The notes beneath the pieces were generated by a model. The model searched no databases, was not told where the DNA came from, and was given only the letters and a program-made list of their open reading frames with translations. From Marsupella aquatica (lineage: Eukaryota > Plantae > Marchantiophyta): 64,000 nt of DNA. Every line of letters begins with the position of its first letter. Within the stretch, counting starts at the first letter, position 1. The stretch covers positions 7,609,251 to 7,673,250 of the forward strand of contig OZ316892.1 in NCBI GenBank assembly GCA_973895155.1, written 5' to 3'. Positions 11,811-22,418 of this stretch are shown piece by piece. Made by a program: the position numbers and the translations under genes.

Positions 11811-12590
11811 ATGGAATCGATGGCAGCAGGTTCACGGAGTTTGCGCGCTACTCCTTGCGTGATGGATGATTCGATGATTTTCTCTTTGCTAGATCAATCG
11901 TGGTATTTGCAATCGATCCTCAATCATTCCATGACATCGGTATCTGTTCCATCGTCGATAGAAAGCTCCGCCATCTCCACTAGTGAAGTGGAATCGGACA
12001 CAACTTTAAGGTCTTCTGAAGCAGGCAGCACAAACGAAAGCGTATCATCCACTGGAAGCGGAAAACGGTGGAACTCCACAATTGACAAGTCCGAGTTGCA
12101 GAGAGTGTTCAACAGGTTCGATGAGAACGCGGACGGGTTGATATCCGTGGAGGAGCTAAGGCGGTGGTGCACGAAGTGCTCCGGGAAAGATGTGTCGGAT
12201 ACGGAAGCCGACTGCATGATCTCATGTGTGGACCGCAACAACGACGGCGCAGTGGACTTCAACGAGTTTCTCTCGTTCTACCAGATTCATCATTCCGGCT
12301 TGGAGGAAGCCGAGGACAACAACACGAGAGCTCGCAATAATGAAGAGACTGAAAACGAAGAGGAGGACTTGTTGTTGGAGGCATTCCGTGTGTTTGACAG
12401 GGATAACGATGGATTTATTTCTGCTGAAGAACTGCAAGCTGTTTTAGTTAACCTTGGAATCCCGGAAGGAAAGCGCCTGATCAACTGCAAGAAAATGATC
12501 CGTAATGTGGATCGAAATGGCGACGGAAAATGTGATCTACGGGAATTTCAGGAAATGATGTCTGCCCAATCATGGAACTACCATTATTGA
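11811..12590 (+). CDS. Calmodulin-like protein CML-1 (4 EF-hands, Ser-rich N-terminal extension), 259 aa from the first ATG
   Basis: EF loops DENADGLISVEE, DRNNDGAVDFNE, DRDNDGFISAEE and DRNGDGKCDLRE. Acidic central linker. The LGIPEG..C.KMI motif resembles the plant CML3-7/CML42-43 group. The track ORF starts at a TTG (11694); the first in-frame ATG is 11811. Confidence 0.95.
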   Translation: MESMAAGSRSLRATPCVMDDSMIFSLLDQSWYLQSILNHSMTSVSVPSSIESSAISTSEVESDTTLRSSEAGSTNESVSSTGSGKRWNSTIDKSELQRVFNRFDENADGLISVEELRRWCTKCSGKDVSDTEADCMISCVDRNNDGAVDFNEFLSFYQIHHSGLEEAEDNNTRARNNEETENEEEDLLLEAFRVFDRDNDGFISAEELQAVLVNLGIPEGKRLINCKKMIRNVDRNGDGKCDLREFQEMMSAQSWNYHY

Positions 12591-13364
12591 CCAGATAGTT
12601 CAAATGGCCAAAATACCGTCACAGCTGACAATAAATTCCTGTGCTTCTCTATGTTATCCACGGCTACCACCTGAGTTGCAGTCCCTTCAGCAACGACTGC
12701 CTGTAGTAGTAGACCTACGATAATTGTGAACTGAAGCTGAACCGAAGGCATCGGACAATTGAATACATAAGCACCAATTGCACTCTTTCTGTTTGACCCA
12801 CTCAATTTCTGCCGTGACATTGTTCACTCGAGGATTACAGCCAAATGTGCGACGAACGAAGCTCTAATCATCGATCAGGTTGAATCCCTTCATTTCGCAG
12901 GATCCTGACGGCTGAAAAGTAAAGGCGCTATCAACATATCACCTATCATGTAAATGTGCGACTTGTACAAAATCGAGGGAGAGATGCACCCTATCAATTA
13001 AAGCAATCTTCGAGGCTTCAATTAACGCTGGCGTGAGAAATTACATTACGACATTCCAGACTTTTAGAAACAAATAGGATGAGGAGAAAACCTTATATTC
13101 AATAGAAGCCTGGCAGGCTGGCGCTTTAGCAGTTTAAGGTCTGAACGAAGTCGAGACTTGTCTAAACTATTTAGTGAAAATTCCCCAAGTTTTCATAAAA
13201 TTGAGTACTGTACCCTAGTCTGAAAGCCAAACACAATGCCCCCAACGTCAGCCGAGGGGCGTAGAATTGTAGAAACCCAGGAAGATAGACAAATCTGAAA
13301 CGAAAATTGTGCTTTGAAGGATTTATTCATTCTACGACGGTTTGAAATTGAGGATTTAACTGGA

Positions 13365-13995
13365 ATCATGATCATCCTTGTCATCTATTTTGCAACCTTT
13401 GAGGCTTCGCTCAATTCAATTGACAATGAAAGACACATTGAAACTGCGTGCGTTCTGTATAATACGACGCCTCGTCTGAATTGAGGATTTGAAGAAGGAA
13501 AATAGAATCATAGTTGATCAACTTGACATGTATTTTGCAACCTTTGAGGCTTCACTGACTTCAACTCACAATAAAAGTTACATTGAAATTGCATTCTGTA
13601 TAATTCCCAGAGTTTCTTTCATTTTGGTGATCCTCTATTTTATGGTGGACGGGCAACGCATATAATCCTATGGATGCTTCACAATCTTGTCATTATTTGC
13701 AACCTCAAGGTTTCACTCACATTGAAGCAGACAAAATTGCATTCTCCAAGACTCCTCAAGCTCGTTTCATTTTACCAGTTTCCTTCAATCCTCTATGATG
13801 TGATGGAATTGCAAACGAATACAATCCTTTGGATGCTTAACTATCTTGTCATTATTTGCAACGTCCGAGGTTTCACTCAGATGGACAAAGAAAGGTACAT
13901 TGAAGGCGACGAAATTGCTTTCTCTAAGACTCATCAGGTTCGTTTCAGGTTGGCACTTTCCTTAATCCTCTACTGTATGATGGACTAACGCATAC
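13365..13995. repeat. Old diverged tandem repeat, ~150-165-bp unit x4
   Basis: Recurring CTTG(T/A)CAT.(T)ATTTGCAACC...GAGG(C/T)TTCACT...ACATTGAA...TTGC(A/G)TTCT at ~13377, 13522, 13686 and 13845. Confidence 0.75.
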
Positions 13996-14371
13996 TATGA
14001 ATGCCTGATGCTGTTTATATTTCAGTCGAATGCAGCGTGATGAAACGCGAGGGAACTCGTGGCAGAAGGTGTCTGCAATCGGCTTGATGGTTGAACACAT
14101 CAGGAAGTGCAGTCAATGAGAAAGCGTTTCTGAAAGTTTCAGAGGTGGATAGAATCCAATCAAATTGTCAGTGGAAGATGAAACAATCAGATGCGTGGAA
14201 ACTGATTTTTCGCCAGGGAAAACGGTCTCTAATCTAAGTCGTCCTCAATTGAGTTCGAGTGGATCACGGATGCATAACAGAGAAGGATGAAATTAAAGGT
14301 ACAGGAGGCAGGACGGCCGTATCTGCTGCACAGTTTTGCTGCCATGGAAATTTCGATCGGTCACCGATCCT

Positions 14372-14885
14372 CTCGTCACCTTTGTTGGCAGAAATGGAAT
14401 CATAGACGTAGAAGGGCGACATCTATAACCAGACGAGGGCCAAAATGAATTAGAGACTTTTAGAAGCTCTCTCTTCACCTTTGCACGTCACTTGGCAGAA
14501 ATGGAATCATGGACGTAGAAGGGCGACATACACAAGCAGACGAGACGAAATTGAACAACAGACTTTTCCAAGCTCTGTTCACCTTTGCACATTGGCCAAA
14601 ATGGAATCGTAATCGTAGAAGGGCGAGATTCATATCATTCCAGACGAGGATCAAAATGAACTAGAGACTTTTCGAAGCTGGCTCGTCACCTTTGCACGTC
14701 GGCAGAAATGGAATCATGGACGTAGAAGGGCGAGATTCACAATCAGACGAGGACCAAACTGAAGTGCAGACTTTTTGAACCTCTCTCTTCACCTTTACAC
14801 ATTGGAAAAATGGAATCATAAACGTAGAAGGGCGAGATTCACAACCAGACGAGGTCCAAAATGAACTGGAGACTTTTTGAAGCTC
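14372..14885. repeat. Tandem repeat, ~100-107-bp unit x5, with alternating A/B variants
   Basis: ATGGAATC..ACGTAGAAGGGCGA...CAGACGAG...AGACTTTT. The ATGG anchor lies at 14394, 14501, 14601, 14708 and 14810. Confidence 0.9.
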
Positions 14886-17800
14886 ACACTACACTGCGCA
14901 ACAGACGGTCGAAACACAATCATTGATAGATTGTTCACAGGTCAGGCACAGCAATCCATGATGGCGCCGACTGCACCGTCGGCGCCAAGGTCAACTTGGA
15001 GGCAAGTCTTCCACGAGATTCTCAGTGGACCATCTCTTGCCGCAGTCGCAAATTCAAGTTTGTGGAACATTGGAATAGTCAGCTCGTGATTGTAATCATT
15101 CTTTGTACGCAATTCTACTGTAGCGCGCAAGCTCAAATTTATGGACAATTGGAATGGTCAGCTCGTGATTGCAATCATTCTTTGTAGGCAGTTCTACTGT
15201 AGCTCTTGACAGGTCAAAGGAGCAAACAGGTTTAGGGTCACCAAAGAAAAATTGATTTTAATAGCAATATCCTTGAAGTTGTTGCGAACTACTTACCTCG
15301 GCAAATTGAAGGATTCACCCTAGTCAAGAGGATTGGTCAATGGTATTAAGCGAAAATTTCATCGCAGTTAGACGAGGACCCGTTTCCAACTATAAGAGGT
15401 CAAGATTGGACGAAGGAGACTGAAGTCTAATTGGTAAAGCTAACGGATGGTTTGAAGAGAGGGGGCCGAAGCATTTTGTTGCCGATTTCAATCGGATTCC
15501 GTTCACTTGGTGTACAGTCTCGAGCGGGGTCTCGAGATCTTGTAATCGGAGCTCGATTTGATATGAATTGTCGTCGATAGATCCTCGGCACCGTGATACT
15601 GGAGAACAATCTCTCGTGCTCTGCATTGGAATTGGCGGCACTAAGTTGTGTGGACCGATGGCTTCTGGCTCGAATATCCGCTCAAGCACGAGAGACCTGG
15701 GGCCGACGTACTGGACGGTCTTGTCCTCTTCTCGTCGTAGACCCGAGCAATTGCCATTTTGTCAAAGCGATCCTTGAGCACAGTTTTCAGATATGGAAGG
15801 GCGGAACCAAAGGCTCATCGTGTGGAAAATTGTCGATCCCTTAGTGAAGAGAGAATAGTTTCGCCCGTTGGAACACCTCGTACTTGATCTAGTTCACCTA
15901 GTGACTTGCTGATCAAGATGATCACGAAATTCCACGAAATTTGCAAAGATCATGAAAGTCGTTTGGATAAGGCGCATCCACTTCATTGGAAAGCAACGGA
16001 AGGGAAACCTTCGCTTCTACATTAAGCTGTTGGCCGCCTGACATCCAAAAGATGATCACGAATTTGCCAAGTTGTAAGCGATGTAGTACACAACTGACGA
16101 ATAGGCTCGAAGGACACTCGCTCTTGATTCAAAAGCAACGTTACGAAGAAGCTACTTTCAAGACAACATCAGTGCCCACTCCTACGTTAAGATTTGGCTG
16201 CCTGGCTAATTGAGAGAGACGATCATATTATTTTGAAGAACACGATATCAATGTCTTTGGCCAAAGTGTAACTTCGTTCACCAAGGAAGCAAGAGACCAA
16301 CGAATACGAGATTCCCTGACAGGAAGGCGTGACAGAACGCAAGACGATGCTCACACGCCAAGGTGTTAGCTGCCTGACTACCAAAAATTGATCAAGAAAT
16401 TACGACGAAGGTCGTTGGACAATACACCTGCTCTTGATTACAAAGCAAGGAAACCTCTCGATAGTAAAGACTACCGAATAAGCTCACACCACGTCAACGA
16501 GTGGGGCCCGGAGCCCTAGAAAAATGGTGGTCGGAGAAACTCATGCGGAACGAACGTTTTTTGGCAGTTTTTCAGGTCAAGGTTGTCAAGTTTGCTGTGA
16601 GATGCAGATACTGTACACAATCGATGGACCACCACTCTATCACGCAACGGATCCCGTCACGAAGATAACCACTGTAGAAGTTTCGGCTCATGAAATCGAA
16701 ATCATGTACAAGATGAGACAAAGTCAATGCAGACAAGGCAATCATGATACTATTTGCCTTCAGCTGCCTTCGATTCTCTTCGACGATATTATATGTGCTA
16801 CAGTATGTGTGGCGGACGATAGTTCTGCCGACCGTTTTTGCCGGGTAACGGGTCCCGTAACGAGCCAAAACTCACTGTAGTAGACAAGCTTAGGCTATGG
16901 CGGTTTATAAAATAGAATCCATGTGCGTTTTGACGTACGTACAAAACTGAAGACGACGACGATAACATTCTTGGGTTTCTCATGTCGTCGACTCGCATCG
17001 AGAACATTCTTTGGAGCGAAAAGCAACGCGCGAGAACGATCACGAAGTTCTGAGTTCAGATTCTAGGATCGAGTTCATTTTCACAGAGAAGGTATGTAAG
17101 GATGACTTAATAGTGTTCAATGGAGACCTAAGTCGGCGGCCTTTTCTACAGCGTTGGGACTCGTACTGTAAACGTACACCATACTAACGACTTGGTACTT
17201 CCGAATTCAGAAATCAAGTCTACGATGATTTTCGGGCCTCGTATAGAACAGGGCAAAGTCATGGCATTCGCTTGGCTTGGCTGGCTAATCACACCCTCCT
17301 GAGTGAGAACCCGAAGGTATATCGCTCTGTCTCCAAATCAGGAAGACAACTAAGAGTTACTGCAAGATGAACATAACGGCTCGCTCACCTCTACGACGAC
17401 ACCCTGTGCTGTCCCATCGATCAGTACCGTAAGTGCGGCAGGCAATGTTGATTGTGCAGCGAGACGAGACAACAGGCATTCATGGAAATGCTTTAACCGA
17501 GTCGAGGAATTTGCCCCTACAGAAAAGTAAAACAGAAGCCCAGAACCAAAAATGTCCCTCAATGACCCTATCTCCCTTTCGGAAATTGTGCTGATCCCAC
17601 TATAGATGCATCAGCACAATTTAAAGCGGTACGCCTTCAAGATTCCCATGGCGCCGTCTATGTGATTATCAATTCTATTACTCTCTGCGAGAGAAGCCCA
17701 GTAGCACGAGGAGTCTAGAATCTAATATGCACTGTCGAATTGCGTCTCAACCAACTCTTGCTCTCTCTCTCGAGACAGCACAGTATGATAGCCTCAAGGC

Positions 17801-18792
17801 AATGATAATATTTCGCACAAACGTCTTCCGAAACAAGCGTATGTTACACCGCAATCAGTCATGTATTAGGATACCTGAGCTTCAGTCGTGACATTTGAGA
17901 TCACCCAGCTCTATATCACCCGACTGCATCAGTTGAGATCACTACTCTGCCGACAGCAAGCGCGTTCGGTTGATGCTCTACGAAAGCCAGAACTCTGTTA
18001 TGCATGAGAATTTGGTCGAGTAAATAACCAGATTGGCAATCCTTGAAGATCACACGAATTAACACAACGTCGACTGCCACACCTTCGACGTAAAGGCAAA
18101 GAAGATTGATATTGCTTTAGTTCCAGTGGAACAAAGCGTGAATCCAACTCGATTTACATTTCTTGAGAATGAACGATACACCATACGAGGCCTCACAAGA
18201 GATGGAAGTACTAACTCGAGAGGCACTCCCTAGAACTAGTCACCAAGTAAACAACATGCGACGTAATTGCAAGTCTCCGTTCGTCTCTGGGTAATTGCAA
18301 GCCTATCGACATTTGCCTTCACGCCAACTGGCGATTGCTATTGAAAATGTGGAGTAATTCCTCCCATAACCTTCCGATTTGTATCTCCATGCTCTACAAT
18401 GTTATCCGAGCCGATCCAACGGGATCGATTGTTTGCATCGATCCAACGGGATCAAACGGGATCGATTGTTTGCACCTACTTCTAAACCTACTCTGCTTCA
18501 TTTGGTGCGAACCTGCTTCTAAAACAAACTACTGACTGCATGTTACACACGCCGAGAAAAACCCGTCAGTGGCATTGCCACAATGACTGTTCCCAACGTG
18601 ATGCCATTCGCTTCACCATTTTTTAAAATCAACATTTCCTATTTTCACTAATATCTCGAGAAAAGTCTAAAGCTCCCATGAACCTGCAGTGTGTAAGCTG
18701 TACAAGCTCTGGCTTCGTCACGCGTGGGAGAGTATCATTAGCTCCATGGACCACACGTATGGCGGTGGAAGATCTCGTTACGCTGCAGAGTG

Positions 18793-18874
18793 CCCTCGGG
18801 AGTGAAGCTGAGGTTTCAGAGCGGAGTGGAGTTCCCTCGGGAGAGAAGCTGAACTTTCAGAGTGGAGTGGAGTT
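18793..18874. repeat. 41-bp tandem duplication just downstream of the U1 gene
   Basis: CCCTCGGGAG(T/A)GAAGCTGA..TTTCAGAG(C/T)GGAGTGGAGTT twice. Confidence 0.9.
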
Positions 18875-18886
18875 CGACTGCTTTTG
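18873..18886 (-). terminator. Plant snRNA 3' box
   Basis: CA-AAAGC-AGTCGAA on the - strand, ~12 nt past the U1 3' end, matching the plant consensus CA(N)3-10AGTNNAA. Confidence 0.65.
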
Positions 18887-18897
18887 AGGTTACATTG

Positions 18898-19056
18898 GAG
18901 GGAGCCGCGCGTACGCGAGCTCCCGCTAGCACAAATTATGACGTGCATTTTCCCCTTAGGGAAATGCTAGAAGTTGCCCCGCCGGAGTGCAATGGGGGAG
19001 CCTCTCCTAGGACATCGGCCTTGTTGATCACCGATTGACCCCGCCCAGGTAAGTAT
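18898..19056 (-). ncRNA. U1: U1 spliceosomal snRNA (~159 nt)
   Basis: The - strand reads ATACTTACCTGG (5' splice-site pairing). Stem-loop I is GGTCAATCGGT-GATCAACAAG-GCCGATG (U1-70K loop). Stem-loop II has the ATTGCAC loop (U1A site). Stem-loop III is CATTTCCC-TAAG-GGGAAAATG. Sm site AATTTGTG. Stem-loop IV is GGGAGCTCGCG-TACG-CGCGGCTCCC. Confidence 0.97.
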
Positions 19057-19113
19057 GCTCCAATGTGTTGCAGCGGCCTCCTTGTATCACACCCTTCCCA
19101 CTCCTCAACCAAC

Positions 19114-19124
19114 ACTTATGGGAT
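19114..19124 (-). promoter_or_regulatory. Upstream sequence element (USE) of the U1 gene
   Basis: ATCCCATAAGT at -68 to -58 from the U1 start, related to the angiosperm USE RTCCCACATCG. Only a weak TATA-like GATACAA near -30. Confidence 0.7.
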
Positions 19125-19593
19125 TTTGACGATGCAAATTATGGAGGCAACCCGGAGACTGCTGTTCCGTTCCTTTCCGGCACAACACAGGAAACCAACT
19201 GTCTGCTCCGCAAGCCTCGAAATATAGGCTCGTCAATCGATTGCTCGGCTCATGTAATGTACTACAGCACAGTCAGCCTGACCAAAACCAGCGCCATCGT
19301 TCCACCGATAGCACCAGCTTGTTGTTCAGTAGCAGTGCTTTGCTCCGAGACGATCAAAACTGGAACAGCAGCGAGGACTGCCAAAGTTGCCTCCGGTGTA
19401 AATTAAGCCTACGATCGACTGCCGAGCAGTTTATCGTCGTAACTTAATGAGACAATGGACAGGATTGCTGCCGTGAGCAATGACGACCACAACACTTCCC
19501 CATCAAATGCATAGTCTGCTGTGACCTTCAGAACTTTCGCAGATGTTGTGCTAACAGGATTGACTTTTAAAAAACCCGTTTTTAGAGCCATTG

Positions 19594-20400
19594 TTAATCC
19601 TGGAAACAGCTGGAGCGCATCATATCTTTAAATTCAGTGATATCAATAAGATCGTCCCCATTAGAATCCACTCTCTGAATCATATGCTTGCAATTGCTGA
19701 TGTCCTTGCCCTCCGGGATCCCCAACTGGTTGAGCACCTCCTGGAGCTCCTGAGGAGTGATCACTCCATCACCGTTCCTGTCAAAAACCTGAAACACTTG
19801 ACTCAATGTGTCATCCTCCTCTTCTGCTTCTTCTTCTTGTGCTGCTTCGACTTCGTGAGTTTCCCGGACGTCACCATTCAACGACGAGTATAGGGAGTAA
19901 AATTCTTCGAAGTCCACACATCCATCCGAGTTCAAATCGACACTTTTAAGCATACGCTTCGCCTCCTCCAGCGGCATTCCCATGAATCTAGTCAGATCCT
20001 TACCGCAGATCTTGCCGTCCTTATTAGCGTCGAACCTTTCAAAAACTTTCTTCATCTCGGATTTGTCCGGAACGTAGTCTTTTGCAAACCCGTAGCCAGT
20101 CGAGCAGGCTGACGAACTTCTGCTGTACGTTTCCGATGAACTGTCACTCTCCTTAGAACGCGAGGAAGTTGAGCTGGCTGACGCACTTCTACCGTAGCTC
20201 TCTGCTGAACTTCCACGCCCCGCCGAAGACGAGGACGTGGCGCTCGACGACGACAACACACGATCCATGGACTTTGGACTGCCATCGAGACTCTTGAACA
20301 ACCAGCTCGAGAACCAGCTCGATCGAGAGGCATTACCGTTTCGACTCGGTGGCCCAGCCTTCGAGTCTACGGAGCTAGAATTGAACAGTGAGGCAGACAT
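19594..20400 (-). CDS. Calmodulin-like protein CML-2 (4 EF-hands, ~110-aa Ser-rich N-terminus), 268 aa
   Basis: EF loops DANKDGKICGKD, DLNSDGCVDFEE, DRNGDGVITPQE and DSNGDDLIDITE. LGIPEGKDISNCKHMI motif shared with the other two CMLs. Intronless ORF. Confidence 0.95.
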   Translation of the reverse strand: MSASLFNSSSVDSKAGPPSRNGNASRSSWFSSWLFKSLDGSPKSMDRVLSSSSATSSSSAGRGSSAESYGRSASASSTSSRSKESDSSSETYSRSSSACSTGYGFAKDYVPDKSEMKKVFERFDANKDGKICGKDLTRFMGMPLEEAKRMLKSVDLNSDGCVDFEEFYSLYSSLNGDVRETHEVEAAQEEEAEEEDDTLSQVFQVFDRNGDGVITPQELQEVLNQLGIPEGKDISNCKHMIQRVDSNGDDLIDITEFKDMMRSSCFQD

Positions 20401-20979
20401 GGTTGGCGATGACTATTGAAAAATGGGACGAATTCTACTATAGAAAAAGCAGCGAAGGGAAGTACCAATGTGCAAACGACTGCCGCATCTATAACTTCCT
20501 CAAGTTGGAACGTTGCTACGGATGCAAAATCCGTCACTGTCACTGGCCGGATCGCAAGAATTGTCCTCGAACTTCAATTCTATCAACAAGTTTCCTCTGC
20601 GTACGTTCCAAACCCAGACTTCTAGTTGCAGGTAACTATTTCAATGCCACAATGAAAACTAGGGCCTAATTCTGCAGGTACCGACCAGAGACAGCTGCAA
20701 ATCCACAACAGACGAGTACACTTCTCACTCACTTATCTCTGCACACACGTTGCGCGACGGCACACACCGGCAACGAAGCAGTTCTACCTGTTTCTACTCA
20801 CGCCAGCCGCAGCGACCCAGGGAAGCAGAGTGAGCACACTCTCAGAGCCAGATAGAACACTATCGCTCTAATCAATCTATCTAGCCTCCAAAAAAAAATT
20901 AAGAGCGAGATATATATCTCTAGCCGTTGCGAACGGTCGTGAATTGAGGTTTCTTCTATCACAGAACAACCGGAAGAGC

Positions 20980-21196
20980 TATATATCGGGACGAGATGGG
21001 GAGCTAGTACTGCGGCTACGGAAACGTCTCGTGCAGAAGAGCGCGAATGAAGCGCGTGAGCTTTACTTCTGAGGACCCCAAGCACATAATTTCGTGCACT
21101 TTCGACGAAATGGAAGATATCAAGTGACCACAGACAACTTGGCAGAGGCTGGTCGACGCGAAGCATGGGATGCTTTACACAGATTCGTGAACGCGT
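20980..21196 (-). promoter_or_regulatory. Putative CML-2 promoter: TATA-like box and CGCG/RSRE elements
   Basis: TATATA at 20980-20985. CACGCGC on the - strand near 21052-21058. CGCGTT (rapid stress response element, CAMTA site) on the - strand at 21190-21195. Confidence 0.45.
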
Positions 21197-21678
21197 ATTG
21201 TGCTAGGACTTGCAAGCTCCTGCTCACATCCCCTATTGTATAAAACACGAAGGTGGGTGGAGCTGTGGTGGGCCTGAATGCTCTACGGGCTGGCTATGGC
21301 GAAGAAATCGGGCGATTTGGCGACCGTCATGGAGGATATGGACAATGGGGGACAATTTGCACAAGGGAGGGAAGGAGCAACGAAGGTACCGACGGCGGTG
21401 ACGCTGCGCTACTGCTTCGTACGCCAACGGACGGCGGAGCCACCTCTTCGGCCTCTGGGACGATATTTAAGTACACCTGGCCTCGCTCCGAGACCTTTGG
21501 CCCCACCGGGTACGGCCCTCTATGTTATCTGGATAGCTCAGTTGCCACCTGACTGAATCTAACCGTCCGCTGATGGTGCCGGCTGGATCTCCGCCCCTGG
21601 TTTCGTAAGAGGGGTTCCATGGCGGTGGCAGCTTCTATCTTACTTATAAATCTTCAATTACAAGTTAGAATTTAGTTT

Positions 21679-22167
21679 TCTAGAGCGAAGCCTCTAGACA
21701 ATAAATCCATGGCTCATGAGAAAAATTGATATCTATAATGTATGTCATGTCAAATGATAATCATAAGTACATTTTGTTATGATTTTTATTTATATTAAAA
21801 ATTGATCTTTATGGCCCCACCCTATTATATGTGCACTAGCCCAGACTATCCATTCTTTGAACGTGAATAGTGAAAAGGACAATAAAAGAATTATTAAAAT
21901 ATTTTTTTATTCATTAATATTATTTAAAAATTAATGAAATTATAATATATTATTTTCCTTGTATGTGTACATCAGTATTTTTGTGTGCACATCCATCTTC
22001 TATGCACATATGAATGTTGTGGTGGGGCCATAGTGCTTATATTTTTTGAATGTAATAATTAAAAATTATTATAAAAAATTGGCATGTACATATATCATAC
22101 TCATGTCATGAGTTTCTCTCTTGCACATGATGACCATAGAGTTACGGTCTAGAGGCTTCACTCTAGA
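21679..22167. mobile_element. AT-rich MITE-like element with 21-bp inverted repeats
   Basis: TCTAGAGCGAAGCCTCTAGAC (21679-21699) versus GTCTAGAGGCTTCACTCTAGA (22147-22167), one mismatch. A lone related end, TCTAGAGTGATGCCTCTAGACTATAACTC, lies at 28501. Confidence 0.75.
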
Positions 22168-22305
22168 CCTAGACTCTTAATTATAGACTTCAGTTTGCAT
22201 TTTTATATTAAGATAAGTGGAATGTGGGAAAGAAAAACTGAAAATGAGATGTACATAGAAAAAAATACTATGTATGATTATTAAAATGATGATATGCATG
22301 ATAAT

Positions 22306-22418
22306 TTTTTTATCATTTCATTAACCTTCAAAACATGTGAATAAAGAATATATTTTGGTGACATTTTTATTGTCCTCCCCTCTATTCACGTTCAAAGAAC
22401 AGGTAGTTGGGGCTAGTG
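22306..22418 (-). repeat. Inverted copy of the 10757-10868 dispersed repeat
   Basis: Its reverse complement aligns by eye with 10757-10868. Confidence 0.75.

Noticed and set aside
14372-14885. CRISPR-like appearance of regularly spaced repeats (also 62696-62890 and 3170-6620)
   Set aside because: Whole units are homologous or spacing is irregular, there are no cas genes, and the context is a plant genome.
19132-19139. Perfect octamer ATGCAAAT just upstream of the U1 USE, as in vertebrate snRNA enhancers
   Set aside because: Plants have no known POU/Oct factors and the position differs from the vertebrate element. Probably chance.
21464-21632. TATTTAA followed by a GC-rich stem (GTTGCCACC/GGTGGCAGC), considered as a Pol III ncRNA
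   Set aside because: No USE at the expected distance, no oligo-T terminator, and no 7SL, MRP, U3, U6 or telomerase-template motif recognised.
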